A DNA stretch of 64,000 nt from a virus (taxonomy: Duplodnaviria; Caudoviricetes): positions 6,831 to 70,830 of the IMG/VR virus record IMGVR_UViG_3300009873_000011; one strand, written 5' to 3'. Positions 41,872 through 51,453 of this stretch are shown piece by piece (positions within the stretch are counted from its first letter, which is position 1; each line of letters starts with the position of its first letter). Both the position numbers and the translations under genes were made by a program. Below the pieces are notes generated by a model. That model did no database searches. It was not told the origin of the DNA and saw only the letters and a program-made list of their open reading frames with translations.

Positions 41872-42660
41872 CTAGCTTCCCAGCTGGCTGACGTCAATTT
41901 CCTGCAAGGCGGCAAGCGCTGAGCTTACCCGGTCCGAGGCCTCCATCGGCTTCGCTCCATTTTCCTTGTTCAGTCCTTGGAGATAGTCAACCACTGAAGG
42001 TCCTGCTGGCTTCAGATGATCGGGGCTGTTAGTAGTTACAGAGCGCTTTCCCTCTTCAAACCACTTCTTGCGCTCGGCCTCACGGGATTCTTCCTCCCGC
42101 TTCTGCCGCTCTTCATGAGTTAGCGCAAGATATGCTTGCCAAGGTTCCACACCCTTTTGTACCGAAAGCTTGATGACCTCACGCGGGTCGATGTCAAACT
42201 TGTTGTTCACGCTGTCCTTTACGATCCTGGCAGTGTCGCCAATGACCGCCGGCAGCAGCTTGTCCAGGGTATCCAGCTTCTGCTGGGTAGCCTTGAGTTG
42301 CGCGAGTACATCTGCTGGAATCGAGGCTGGGGTTCCTTCGGCTGGGGGAGGATCACCTGCACCGAGCTGAGCGAGCTGAGCCCGGAGAGCATCTCTCTCC
42401 TGCAGCAGCTTCTCATTCTTCGGCTTCTCCTCTTCGAACCAAGCATCAAGGGCTGCTTCCTTATCCTCAACCTCCTTGCGCTCCGCTGCAATCTTGTTGA
42501 GTTCCGTGTACAGCTTGTCTTGTGCCAGGGTTCCCCTGAACACCTCTCTAGCAATCGGGAGGGCTAGCCAAGCCTGCAGTGCTTCCTTTTCCTCATCCCC
42601 GACTTCATTGCTTAGAGCTTCTCCCCACTCCTTGAACGCCACGTCCTCTTTTCTGCTCAT
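41872..42660 (-). CDS. capsid scaffolding protein
   Basis: Acidic coiled coil between portal and MCP. Confidence 0.6.
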   Translation of the reverse strand: MSRKEDVAFKEWGEALSNEVGDEEKEALQAWLALPIAREVFRGTLAQDKLYTELNKIAAERKEVEDKEAALDAWFEEEKPKNEKLLQERDALRAQLAQLGAGDPPPAEGTPASIPADVLAQLKATQQKLDTLDKLLPAVIGDTARIVKDSVNNKFDIDPREVIKLSVQKGVEPWQAYLALTHEERQKREEESREAERKKWFEEGKRSVTTNSPDHLKPAGPSVVDYLQGLNKENGAKPMEASDRVSSALAALQEIDVSQLGS

Positions 42661-42680
42661 CTTAACTCCTTAGCGGGTTA

Positions 42681-43028
42681 CTAGACTGGGAGGCCCGGGT
42701 TAGGACGAAGTGACTCGCCCCCCTCGGTTCTACCCTGGAATCCAGCTCCACCAGAAATTGCCTTTGCAAGAACCTCCGCAAGCTGGAGTCGAATTTCCTC
42801 GATCTCGTCTGCTTGTTCCGGAAGAATGCTTGCTAGTGAGTCTAGAACGGCTGTTAGCTCGTCATAGACATCCTTGAGTCCTCCCTCGCCGCCAGAGGGC
42901 ATAGACTCCTCGGAAGGGACCATCCCCTCAGAAGACGCAGCTCCCGGGAGCATAGACGTAAGCCCCTGAGGTGTGCCTCCTGGCGGCGGACCCCCCATCT
43001 TCAAGTTGTTGGCCAGCGGCGATGCCAT
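42681..43028 (-). CDS. hypothetical protein
   Basis: G/P-rich N-terminus plus a helical hairpin. Confidence 0.55.
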   Translation of the reverse strand: MASPLANNLKMGGPPPGGTPQGLTSMLPGAASSEGMVPSEESMPSGGEGGLKDVYDELTAVLDSLASILPEQADEIEEIRLQLAEVLAKAISGGAGFQGRTEGGESLRPNPGLPV

Positions 43029-43031
43029 GAC

Positions 43032-43145
43032 TTACTTCTTTCCGTTCTTGCTTGCCGGAGCAGGGCTTGAGAGCCCGCCCTTAGGCTTGCAGACCGCATC
43101 ACTAAACGGTGTGTGGGTGATCCCACTTCCACTCTTCTTTGCCAT
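43032..43145 (-). CDS. 37-aa late protein (not in ORF track)
   Basis: AAGGGAG RBS; MAKKSGSGITHTPFSDAVCKPKGG... Confidence 0.6.
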   Translation of the reverse strand: MAKKSGSGITHTPFSDAVCKPKGGLSSPAPASKNGKK

Positions 43146-43198
43146 TTTCTTCTCCCTTCGGAGGATTACAGCTTAGCTGCTTACCCCCAGTTTGTCAA

Positions 43199-45265
43199 CT
43201 ACTTACTTTCCGAAACTACAGGCCTTGTGCCCCCATCTCTCGTTTCAAAGTGTGGGGGAACGGCTCCGCTAGGTGGCCTCCCCCCCTGGCTTTTTGGGCC
43301 GGGTGGCCCTCCCTCAGGCGGAGGCGCTCCAGGCGGTCCACCTCCTGGTCCCCCAGGTCCCGGCGGTGCCCCAGGCGGCATCGCCATCATCTGCTGCACC
43401 TGCATGAGCTGCTGCTGGAGCTGGGCCATCTGCGCCTGGAGCTGCATGGCCACCATCTCAGGAGGTGGACCTTGCATCAGGCCCTGGCGCTTAGCGATGG
43501 CGAGCCTTTCCGGAACTGTTTCCGCCGGCATCGGCCCGGCGTCAGGCACGTCGAAGGTATCCCATATGGTCCAGGGGTCTACCATGTTTGCCCTGAAGAG
43601 CTGGAGGTAGAACATCTTCTGGGTTGTATGGCTTACGTTCAGCCACGAGTTAGGAGCCACCTGGAAACTGAAGAGCTTGTGGTGCTCCAGGGTGCGGTCC
43701 ATCCGGGACCGCTTGTCACCCTTAGCTGGGTTAGGAAGCATGTTCCCTGGGTCATAGTTGAAGTCTTCCCGGGTGAGCCCGTCCTTACCAAGCAGCTCGA
43801 TCCTGCGACTGGTCGTGTACCACTGGAAGAAGCCCACCTTTAGCATCTCGGCAAGTTCTGAGAGGCTGAGTTCCATGCTCCTACTCCTTAGCCGGAGTAG
43901 CGGGCTTAGCGCCTCCATGTACCGCTCCATGGTGTCCGCGGAGGGCATCTGGCCCATCTGGGCTAGCTGGGTCACCCCTCTAGTCCCCCCAGTGTCCTCC
44001 ATCTCCTGCTTCAGGAACTCTATCTGATCCTGGAAGATCTTGAACACCGCAGGGTTGGGCCCGTCAATCACCTTGAAGGGCTCCCCCGCTGCGGGGTTAT
44101 AGTGGAGCTTGTAGCCGGCCGCTCGGGCGTCTAGGGAGTCCAGCGCACTCTTCGGCATGGCCCGCTTGTCCGCGGCGATGGCCCTTCGGACCCACTGGGC
44201 TAGACCGTCATCCGCACCACGGAGCGCCTCGTTTAGCGAGTCCTGAAGAGGGATCAGGTCCCCGATCATGCTGGTTCCTAGTAGACTCCAAGGAAGGGGG
44301 TCTAGGGTGAACCGTATCACCGGGAAGAGTCCATGCCAATGGGGGTTAGGGATGTCCTTAAGAATACACTCCGGTGTGAAAATGATAAGCCTTCCCCTTG
44401 GGTAAAGTCTCGCCATCTCCTTGGTCACCAGCTCCCCGGTGTCGGGGTGGGTGGAACCCATAGGGTAGACGGTGTATGCCCAATCCCCTTCCCCAAGGGT
44501 AACCGGCTGCTCGGTGAGGTTCAGGGAGTCATCCTTCAGGTAACCCCGCATGATGTCGATTCCTGGGGTTCCAGGCTTCCCCGCCTTACCCTCCAGGACA
44601 TCCCACTGAGGAGAGATCAACCCCGTAGGGGTTTGGTCCCCGGTGTCTATCGGTCCCCAGGAGCTTTCCTTCCCGGCGAGCTTCGGAGCCTTGGTGGGGA
44701 ACATCCTACGGATGGTCTCTAGGGGAAGCTTCTGTCTCAGGATTACTCCCCGCCAGTCTTGAATGGAGTCGGAATAGGTGGGATCCACAGGGATCACATC
44801 TCTAGGGTCGAAGGGGATCAGCTCTAGGTCTCCCTTCCCACCCTGAAGGTCCGCGTTGTAGGTCAGCAAGCCATACCCGCTCCCCCCCACCGCTGCGTAG
44901 AGGAGGATGCTCACCAGCCTACGGTCTACCCGGTTGTTCCGCCACCAAGCTCTAGCTAGCTTGTTCAGCACGTCCCCCTGCTTCTTGTACTCCTCCGCCA
45001 TGGTCTCGTAGTTCCAGATGGGGCGGACGTCCGTCATGGTGGCGGCGACCTCGAAAGCGAGCTTCCTGAGCCGGTTGTCAGAGGTCTTACTTAGGGCCTT
45101 GGTTTTCCCGCTGCCTTGCTTCCCCTCGACATACCGAATCGCGCTGGGTATCTGCTCCCAGGCCCTCTCCTTTTTCAGCTGGGTCATCCCCTCCCCGAAC
45201 TTGATCCGCAGCCAGGCTAGGAGCGCCTTTTCTCTCTCGTCTACTGGTAGTAGTTCTTCAGACAT
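43199..45265 (-). CDS. portal protein
   Basis: 688 aa; DPRDVIPVDP, LIPLQDSLN, G/P/Q-rich tail; position between terminase and scaffold. Confidence 0.8.
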   Translation of the reverse strand: MSEELLPVDEREKALLAWLRIKFGEGMTQLKKERAWEQIPSAIRYVEGKQGSGKTKALSKTSDNRLRKLAFEVAATMTDVRPIWNYETMAEEYKKQGDVLNKLARAWWRNNRVDRRLVSILLYAAVGGSGYGLLTYNADLQGGKGDLELIPFDPRDVIPVDPTYSDSIQDWRGVILRQKLPLETIRRMFPTKAPKLAGKESSWGPIDTGDQTPTGLISPQWDVLEGKAGKPGTPGIDIMRGYLKDDSLNLTEQPVTLGEGDWAYTVYPMGSTHPDTGELVTKEMARLYPRGRLIIFTPECILKDIPNPHWHGLFPVIRFTLDPLPWSLLGTSMIGDLIPLQDSLNEALRGADDGLAQWVRRAIAADKRAMPKSALDSLDARAAGYKLHYNPAAGEPFKVIDGPNPAVFKIFQDQIEFLKQEMEDTGGTRGVTQLAQMGQMPSADTMERYMEALSPLLRLRSRSMELSLSELAEMLKVGFFQWYTTSRRIELLGKDGLTREDFNYDPGNMLPNPAKGDKRSRMDRTLEHHKLFSFQVAPNSWLNVSHTTQKMFYLQLFRANMVDPWTIWDTFDVPDAGPMPAETVPERLAIAKRQGLMQGPPPEMVAMQLQAQMAQLQQQLMQVQQMMAMPPGAPPGPGGPGGGPPGAPPPEGGPPGPKSQGGRPPSGAVPPHFETRDGGTRPVVSESK

Positions 45266-45268
45266 AGC

Positions 45269-45589
45269 CTAAACCCAACATCCGGGAAGACCTACTCCCC
45301 GCCCTTCCTTGTACTCTTGCTTCCCCGTCTTGTAGTTGAACCCAAGGTATTCCTTCTCTATGAACCCCACATCATCCCGCTTGACCACACCGTATTGCTT
45401 CATGAGCGAGCGCTCATGTGCCGCCGAGGTAACCTCTATGGGCTTCCCGTTGAAGTTCTTCGTCACGAAGGGGTAGCTGACAGTCTCCCCGTGGGTCTGG
45501 CGAAAGCTGCCGTGATCCGAAGCCGCTCCCTTGCAGAACGGGTACATCCCTATCTGGATCTCCGTCCCGCACTTCTCGCACTTGTCCAT
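45269..45589 (-). CDS. hypothetical protein with N-terminal CxxC
   Basis: TAATG overlap; MDKCEKCG. Confidence 0.55.
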   Translation of the reverse strand: MDKCEKCGTEIQIGMYPFCKGAASDHGSFRQTHGETVSYPFVTKNFNGKPIEVTSAAHERSLMKQYGVVKRDDVGFIEKEYLGFNYKTGKQEYKEGRGVGLPGCWV

Positions 45590-45663
45590 TAGACTCCCTC
45601 CGAGCAACCTATGAGCCACCCACAGCTCCTGCAGAGCAACTTACATGCACCCTGCTGGATCAT
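45589..45663 (-). CDS. Zn-ribbon fragment peptide
   Basis: MIQQGACKLLCRSCGWLIGCSEGV; TGATG-coupled to the LAGLIDADG gene. Confidence 0.35.
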   Translation of the reverse strand: MIQQGACKLLCRSCGWLIGCSEGV

Positions 45664-46058
45664 CAATTCGCCGCAGATACAAACTGGCCCTGCTGATTTC
45701 GTGTCCGCCGGGCTGCTACCTTTGAACGAGTATAGCTGTCGTACTTGCTTTGACGTTGTTTCCAACTGGTGATGATCTCGCGTATCCGCGCCTGACGTCG
45801 GCTGCCTAGCAAGGTGTATAAGGTCATCATCCACTGTATGGCCTTCCTATGCGTTAGCCTTACATAGTAACAAGGTTTATGCCCTGCCTTAACTCTCATG
45901 TAATGCCAATTAATGCCAAGAAGCTTAGCTACCCTGTCAATTACATCCTTGTCCGTCATGCCTACCATCAAGACAGGAGTATGATCCTTTTTGTATTCAG
46001 TGAAACAACCTTCTCCTTCTAAGAGGCCGGCTAACCAGTATAAATCAGTAGTCCGCAT
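45663..46058 (-). CDS. LAGLIDADG homing endonuclease (single motif)
   Basis: YWLAGLLEGEGCF, VGMTDKDVI, R.ARI.EI. Confidence 0.85.
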   Translation of the reverse strand: MRTTDLYWLAGLLEGEGCFTEYKKDHTPVLMVGMTDKDVIDRVAKLLGINWHYMRVKAGHKPCYYVRLTHRKAIQWMMTLYTLLGSRRQARIREIITSWKQRQSKYDSYTRSKVAARRTRNQQGQFVSAAN

Positions 46059-46500
46059 TATCGCTCCTGGCCGATGTACTCCATGGGTCTCCCGCAAACA
46101 CACCGTTCGCTACCCCTCTGCAGTCCATCACGATGGTAGTGATCGCGAAGCTTCGCTGGGCTGTTCTGAACTTCGTCTCCACGTAGGTCAAGTAGCCCAG
46201 CCGCGCTCTTGTGTTGACTCGGATCGTAAAGGCGTCTCCGAACAGCTCCACCTCTCCCTTCCCAAGATTCTCCACCCATAGGGCTTGGGGCTTCATGAAG
46301 TTGAGATGAACAAAGTACACCAGCTGGAAGGGCTTCTCGTCGGTTCGGCAGACTTCCGGAGCTTGCCCCCTGAGGACCAACACCCGGGGGGTAGTGTCCA
46401 GCTTCCCGCTGGATCCCGGCATGTCGCTGAAGGGGTGCATGGTACCGCATCCGGTTAGCAAGCCCACCAGGGCTAGACTCCAAACTTTCTTGAAACCCAT
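46045..46500 (-). CDS. putative lipoprotein
   Basis: Lipobox LTGC. Confidence 0.5.
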   Translation of the reverse strand: MGFKKVWSLALVGLLTGCGTMHPFSDMPGSSGKLDTTPRVLVLRGQAPEVCRTDEKPFQLVYFVHLNFMKPQALWVENLGKGEVELFGDAFTIRVNTRARLGYLTYVETKFRTAQRSFAITTIVMDCRGVANGVFAGDPWSTSARSDNADY

Positions 46501-46697
46501 GCAACTCCTAGACTCACCACAGCAGGGAGGGCAACGCCCCCGAAGTACTTTGCTGCTTTGGCTTCGGTTTTAAGCTCGATGAACTCGGTGTGGAGGGCAT
46601 CAAAGCGTCTTTCCATTTCCTTCCTGAACTCCTTCTGCTCCTCCATAGAGGCCAGGATCAACTGCTTGTACTCGGTGAAACCATTCTCACTCGCCAT
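46473..46697 (-). CDS. coiled-coil protein with C-terminal TM
   Basis: Sequence pattern. Confidence 0.55.
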   Translation of the reverse strand: MASENGFTEYKQLILASMEEQKEFRKEMERRFDALHTEFIELKTEAKAAKYFGGVALPAVVSLGVAWVSRKFGV

Positions 46698-47098
46698 TAC
46701 TGCTTCCTTCCCTTGGGCTCTTCAAGGGGGACCACTTCCGTCCAGTCCTGCTCCCGCTCTTTTTCCGGCCCATAGTTGATGTGCTTCTGGTACAAGGTCC
46801 CCGCCTTGTCCAGCTCATAGTTGACCACGTAGCCGATCCCCCTCGGCCCCTCGTACACGTCTACCCAGGAGTCGTACCCAGCCGGTGGCGGGTCTATCTT
46901 CGCGTCGTCCCAGGACTCCGCCACGTCGGTAGGCTTCTTCCCGCTGCTGTGCCGCAGGAGTTGGAGCGGAAAAGCCCTCTTATCCTGCTCCACCTTCACC
47001 TTTGTGTCGGAGTGGAGGTAGGCAGGGGCGTCCTCGTCTTCCTGCTTGGGATCCGGTTCCCGGTCTTCAAAGCCTAGGATCTTGGCGAGCTTTCCCAT
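46697..47098 (-). CDS. hypothetical protein
   Basis: GAAGGGG RBS; TAATG overlap. Confidence 0.55.
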   Translation of the reverse strand: MGKLAKILGFEDREPDPKQEDEDAPAYLHSDTKVKVEQDKRAFPLQLLRHSSGKKPTDVAESWDDAKIDPPPAGYDSWVDVYEGPRGIGYVVNYELDKAGTLYQKHINYGPEKEREQDWTEVVPLEEPKGRKQ

Positions 47099-47100
47099 CT

Positions 47101-47286
47101 TTACCCCTTCCTAGTCACCTTCGGGCGAAACCACCCTTCCCGGATGCAGGGGACTTGCTCTTCCTCCATCCGCTCCAGGTGCTTCGCTGGCTTTCCATCC
47201 ACCCGGACAGGGCGGATAACTTCCTGCGTTATTGTACCCTCCCGTTCGTAAAGGGTCAATCTCTTTAGCCTAGTTAGCCAGTTCAT
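47101..47286 (-). CDS. hypothetical protein
   Basis: ATGA overlap with the LamG gene. Confidence 0.45.
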   Translation of the reverse strand: MNWLTRLKRLTLYEREGTITQEVIRPVRVDGKPAKHLERMEEEQVPCIREGWFRPKVTRKG

Positions 47287-48638
47287 GGTAGGGGTGCTCC
47301 ATCGCCGGAGTTCCAGAGGGCGGCACGCTCGTCGGCGGTGAGGACGCGGGGCCAGATAGCCACGCTGGACATCAGGCCGTTCATATAGCCACCACCTCCC
47401 CACACACCAAGGCTTATCGTGCCGTCTATGGCTCCGTTCGCCCCACCACTGCTCTGGGTAGTTTCGCTCCCGCCGTTCTTGCTGATCCCCATTGCGTCTG
47501 TCACATGGTCGTAGGTGATGATGTAGAGCACCCACGCTCCGACCTCCACGACCCCGGACAGAGATGTACTCGGGCTTGCGCCCTTTGCGTAAAACTGAAC
47601 ATCTGTGGCGTTGGCGCGCAACAGCACGTCGCCACTAGTGTCAGAGATGAAGCTCCTGATTGTGGAGTTGTCTGCCTGATTCACCCACACTGACATCGTG
47701 AAGTCGGAATCGGCAGCTAGAAGCGTAGTGGCTACTGTTAGCCTCTCGCTATTCGCCGCCACAAAACTCGCCACCGTGCCCGGCAGGTTGGCCGGGTAGG
47801 AGTTGGTCGCGCTCGTGACCGTGTTGTTGTCGGTGAGCGTGTTGCTGCCGTGGGAGTCTGCGCGGTCGCCGGAGGCTTCGTCTAGGTTCCAGAAAGAGAT
47901 TAAATTGGTTTTCTCTGACTCTGCTAGACTTGTATACGACTTCCCATATCCACCATTGTAGATTGAGGTAATCACATCCTCGGCCAGCAGACCGGACCAT
48001 ACACCAAATCGTGCAACTCTACTAGTAGTGAACGAACCTGCGACGCCACCAATACCGAAGTATGAAGTTGCCGCACCAAGGTCAGCCACAGAGTCAACAG
48101 AGTAGGTATTATCATTCGTTACAACACCAAGAGCCTTTACCCTAGATGACGTAGTTGCGTGATCATACTGATATACAATCATTATCCACTTATCAGTGTG
48201 TACACCAACCTCAATTGGGCTGCCCCAACCAGCCCTGTTCCAGATTCTATGATTGGACCCGTTAAGAACCTCTAACTGAATCCCATGCTGGTCATTAGTG
48301 TTATTCTTTGTCACCCAAACATTTCTATTGCCTGGAGCGCCAACTGGAATATAGAGCCAAAACAAAACTGTGAAGGACGTATTGGTTGGAATTACTTGTG
48401 AACCAATAGATAGGCTCTCGCTATTGGCCGCAGTATACTCCGAAACCACCCCACTCGGCCCCATGTTCTGGTATGTGACCGTGTTATTATCCGTCAGATC
48501 ATTCGACCCAATGGAGTCCACCCTGGTCCCACTCGCTTCATCCAGCTTCCACAGCGCTACCGCATCCGAGTAGATCGAGGCTGCTCCTCCACCTCTCGGT
48601 AGAGTTCCAGCATAAACGTCAGTCGCGGCTCCAATCAT
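47283..48638 (-). CDS. tandem LamG/concanavalin-like domain virion protein
   Basis: Two repeats W(K/N)LDEASG.R.DS.GSN.LTDNNTVT. Confidence 0.75.
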   Translation of the reverse strand: MIGAATDVYAGTLPRGGGAASIYSDAVALWKLDEASGTRVDSIGSNDLTDNNTVTYQNMGPSGVVSEYTAANSESLSIGSQVIPTNTSFTVLFWLYIPVGAPGNRNVWVTKNNTNDQHGIQLEVLNGSNHRIWNRAGWGSPIEVGVHTDKWIMIVYQYDHATTSSRVKALGVVTNDNTYSVDSVADLGAATSYFGIGGVAGSFTTSRVARFGVWSGLLAEDVITSIYNGGYGKSYTSLAESEKTNLISFWNLDEASGDRADSHGSNTLTDNNTVTSATNSYPANLPGTVASFVAANSERLTVATTLLAADSDFTMSVWVNQADNSTIRSFISDTSGDVLLRANATDVQFYAKGASPSTSLSGVVEVGAWVLYIITYDHVTDAMGISKNGGSETTQSSGGANGAIDGTISLGVWGGGGYMNGLMSSVAIWPRVLTADERAALWNSGDGAPLP

Positions 48639-48647
48639 GGGCGCTGC

Positions 48648-48851
48648 TTAACGCTTTCCGCAGCCGTTACCAGAGGGAGTGGACTGCCCCACGCTCTCTA
48701 TTTCTAGTACAATCTCTCCAGGAGCCCCGTAGGTAGGCTTGCTCCACCTGCAGCAACCCTTCTCCTCTGTCTGGCCCTTCTCATACTCTCTCCCAGTGTG
48801 GAGGCCATAGAGCTTCCCATTGTTTTCCATGACTTCTTCTACAAATGCCAT
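48648..48851 (-). CDS. hypothetical protein
   Basis: TAATG overlap. Confidence 0.45.
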   Translation of the reverse strand: MAFVEEVMENNGKLYGLHTGREYEKGQTEEKGCCRWSKPTYGAPGEIVLEIESVGQSTPSGNGCGKR

Positions 48852-49051
48852 TAGCTTTTCTCCTGAGCCGTGGAGCTTAGAGTCCACGTAATTTGGGGGT
48901 AGGTAGGATAGCTGGGGTAGGTGGGCCAAGTGGGATAGTAAGGAGTAGTCTGATAACCGCTCCTCCCACAAGTGGGACACCTTCCGCAAGTTGGGCAAGG
49001 ACCCTCATTCCACTGAACATAATAGTTAGAGGAGGTGTTCTGCTGATCCAT
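48851..49051 (-). CDS. hypothetical CPTCGR/YP-repeat protein
   Basis: CPTCGRCPTCGR and YPTWPTYPSYPTYP. Confidence 0.5.
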   Translation of the reverse strand: MDQQNTSSNYYVQWNEGPCPTCGRCPTCGRSGYQTTPYYPTWPTYPSYPTYPQITWTLSSTAQEKS

Positions 49052-49052
49052 G

Positions 49053-49427
49053 TTAGACTCCAAAGGTCCTAGAAATGGCCCCTCCGAGTTGCTTTTTAGC
49101 AAACTCCTGGTAGGGCTCCTTCATAAATTCTGCCTGAGCCGCAAGGCGCTGCCTAACTCCTAGGGAGAGTTCAACCTCAACTCCTCCCATCCCAACCTTC
49201 GCATTCTTCTCTGCCCAGCTGACTAGTTTCCCAGGAGTGCTCAGATCCTCTTGCGAGAGTTCCTTGAGCCGGCGAAGTTCCGGATTCTCCACCACTAGGC
49301 GAGGGATTCCTGGTTCGAGATCCTGGAAGGCCGCTAGCGCCTCTGCCAGGGCGGCCCTAGGGTCCTCCGGATTCCTCTTCGCGTACTTCTCATACAACTC
49401 ATCACTGATCTTAAGGCTAACAATCAT
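49053..49427 (-). CDS. hypothetical, possible ribbon-helix-helix DNA-binding protein
   Basis: AGGAG RBS; IVSLKISDELYEKY. Confidence 0.5.
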   Translation of the reverse strand: MIVSLKISDELYEKYAKRNPEDPRAALAEALAAFQDLEPGIPRLVVENPELRRLKELSQEDLSTPGKLVSWAEKNAKVGMGGVEVELSLGVRQRLAAQAEFMKEPYQEFAKKQLGGAISRTFGV

Positions 49428-49440
49428 AAGGTCTCCTATT

Positions 49441-51453
49441 CTAATTCCCCGTGGGAGAGAAGTCAACAGCGCTGTCAAGAGCTTTTTGGTACAGCCCCTC
49501 TACCGTGTCATCATGCCCCATGGTAGCGGCGAGATCACGGATCTGCTGGACAGGGCGAAGCCCTGTCCCTTGGCGGGCCTTCGCCTCCCCGTGCTTCCTT
49601 CTCTCCTCCGCCATGTTCACCACGTCATCCTCGTGGGCTACGAAGAGAGCTATCCCGAGGGCGATGAGGCGGTCGTCGGTGTAGCCGTCAAAGGCGGCTA
49701 TGTGGATTCGGCCGGAAGGGGTCTGGGTCCGGACAAAGCTTCCCATCTCCTGGATGAGATCTGGTGAGTTGATCAGCACATCCCCCTTCCCCAGGTACTC
49801 TAATAGGGTGTTGATGAGAAGCGGGCGGGTCCCAGTGGTTGTCCACCAACCATATCGGTCTTTGTAGCTGCCACGCGTTGAGTGTGGATTGTGGTCGATA
49901 TATAGGTTGTTGTATCCCAGCTGCTGAAGGACCAACTGAGTCGTAGTTCCCGGAGAACCGGGATTACTCTCCACAGCCATAAGGCTATCGAGATCGCTGC
50001 CTTTATCGCGGTAAATGCGTCCGATAACCGCTGCCACAACCGCGAGATCCCCTGGGGGAAGGTTCCCCGCCCACTCAGCCACTTGCTCATCCTGCTTCCT
50101 CCTGTTCCCGACCCGTACTACTTCTATCGCCGCGTTGTCCTGAGCCAGCCCATGGGAGGCATCCACACTAGTCACGTAAAGGTTCCCAGGCTTAGGGAGT
50201 TCCCAGATCACCAATCTATTGAAGCTCTTGAAGGGATCCTCGGACTTCTTGTAATCCTCCACATCCACCTTGATCAGCTTCTGGGTGGCGAGGTTGACCT
50301 CACCTACGAAGACCGGCTGCCGGACGGAATCCCTCAGCTTCGCCCTTAACTCTATGCTGAAGCAGCTCTTTACCCCTGTCTGGAAGGCTTCCTCGACTGT
50401 GCTAGGGTACTCCTGGTAGAACTTCTCCAGGTCTCCCTTGGCTTCGAAGTCTCTCCGGGTAAGCTGGTAGAAGGCTAGTTGCTCTCGGTCTAGCTCCTCC
50501 CCGGTTTCCTTCTTGACCCGTTCCGCCATCTGGAGGGTGTGGGGGAGGAAGTCAAAACCCCCCGAGTTTAGCCTGTTGTTAGGTCTCAGGTACCAAGCTG
50601 CGAAAAGGGCCTTGAAGCTTGTCTGCTTCTTCCACGCCGCCATGAAGTGCTCGTAGAACCAGTTGCCCTTAGCACCAGCACCTGTGCTTTCCATCAGGAT
50701 GACTGAGTGGTGCTTCCGGCTAGAGGTGAAGGCCGGCATGAGGTCTTCGTCTATGTAGCTCGGGAACTCCCAGGTGCTAAGCTCGGTCAGGTGGCAGATG
50801 TCGATGTTCATACCCTGACCCATGGTGGTCCGCTGGTTTCCCGCACCAACTAGTACGTCCGAGTCTAGCTCGTGGAAGTGGAGGTGGGTTCCCTTAACCC
50901 TTCCCTCAGCCTTGGGGCGAAACCAGGAGGGCATGGAGTCATACATCCTGGTGAGCACATGGTAGAGGTTGAGGCTGGTGTCCGGGTGGTCAGAAGCTAT
51001 CAGCCCCTGGGTGTTGGGGTTCAGGAAGACCATGTGAGCAACCAGGGCTTCCCCGAGGACGGTTCCTCCCACCTGGCGGGACTTGAGCAAAACCATCGGG
51101 ATCTTCGCTGCTCCGAACCCCTCCTGTCGGAGTTCCTCCTCCGCCATGACCTTCAGCACCTTCTCTTGGCTCGGCCAGGGAACCACTGGGACTAGCCGCT
51201 TTTCGTCACTTAGGATCAGGCAGAAGCGGGTGAGGAAGAACCTAAAGTCCACCTTCGCAAGTAGGCGTGAGCTAAGCATAAAGTGCTGCTCCTCGGGAGT
51301 GAGGGGGGCTAGCTGCTTTCCCTCCTCGTCAAATCTCCCTTTCAGCCTATGGCTAAAGTCCTGCACCTGCGGGTAGGTCCAGTAGGGAAGCTCCATCTTG
51401 AAGTGGTTCTCCAGCTTCAGCCTAGCGGCCTCCACTATCTTCGGGTGGTACAT
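49441..51453 (-). CDS. terL: terminase large subunit
   Basis: LLKSRQVGGT, CHLTELSTW, MESTGAG, SVDASHG, DDRLIA. Confidence 0.9.
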   Translation of the reverse strand: MYHPKIVEAARLKLENHFKMELPYWTYPQVQDFSHRLKGRFDEEGKQLAPLTPEEQHFMLSSRLLAKVDFRFFLTRFCLILSDEKRLVPVVPWPSQEKVLKVMAEEELRQEGFGAAKIPMVLLKSRQVGGTVLGEALVAHMVFLNPNTQGLIASDHPDTSLNLYHVLTRMYDSMPSWFRPKAEGRVKGTHLHFHELDSDVLVGAGNQRTTMGQGMNIDICHLTELSTWEFPSYIDEDLMPAFTSSRKHHSVILMESTGAGAKGNWFYEHFMAAWKKQTSFKALFAAWYLRPNNRLNSGGFDFLPHTLQMAERVKKETGEELDREQLAFYQLTRRDFEAKGDLEKFYQEYPSTVEEAFQTGVKSCFSIELRAKLRDSVRQPVFVGEVNLATQKLIKVDVEDYKKSEDPFKSFNRLVIWELPKPGNLYVTSVDASHGLAQDNAAIEVVRVGNRRKQDEQVAEWAGNLPPGDLAVVAAVIGRIYRDKGSDLDSLMAVESNPGSPGTTTQLVLQQLGYNNLYIDHNPHSTRGSYKDRYGWWTTTGTRPLLINTLLEYLGKGDVLINSPDLIQEMGSFVRTQTPSGRIHIAAFDGYTDDRLIALGIALFVAHEDDVVNMAEERRKHGEAKARQGTGLRPVQQIRDLAATMGHDDTVEGLYQKALDSAVDFSPTGN

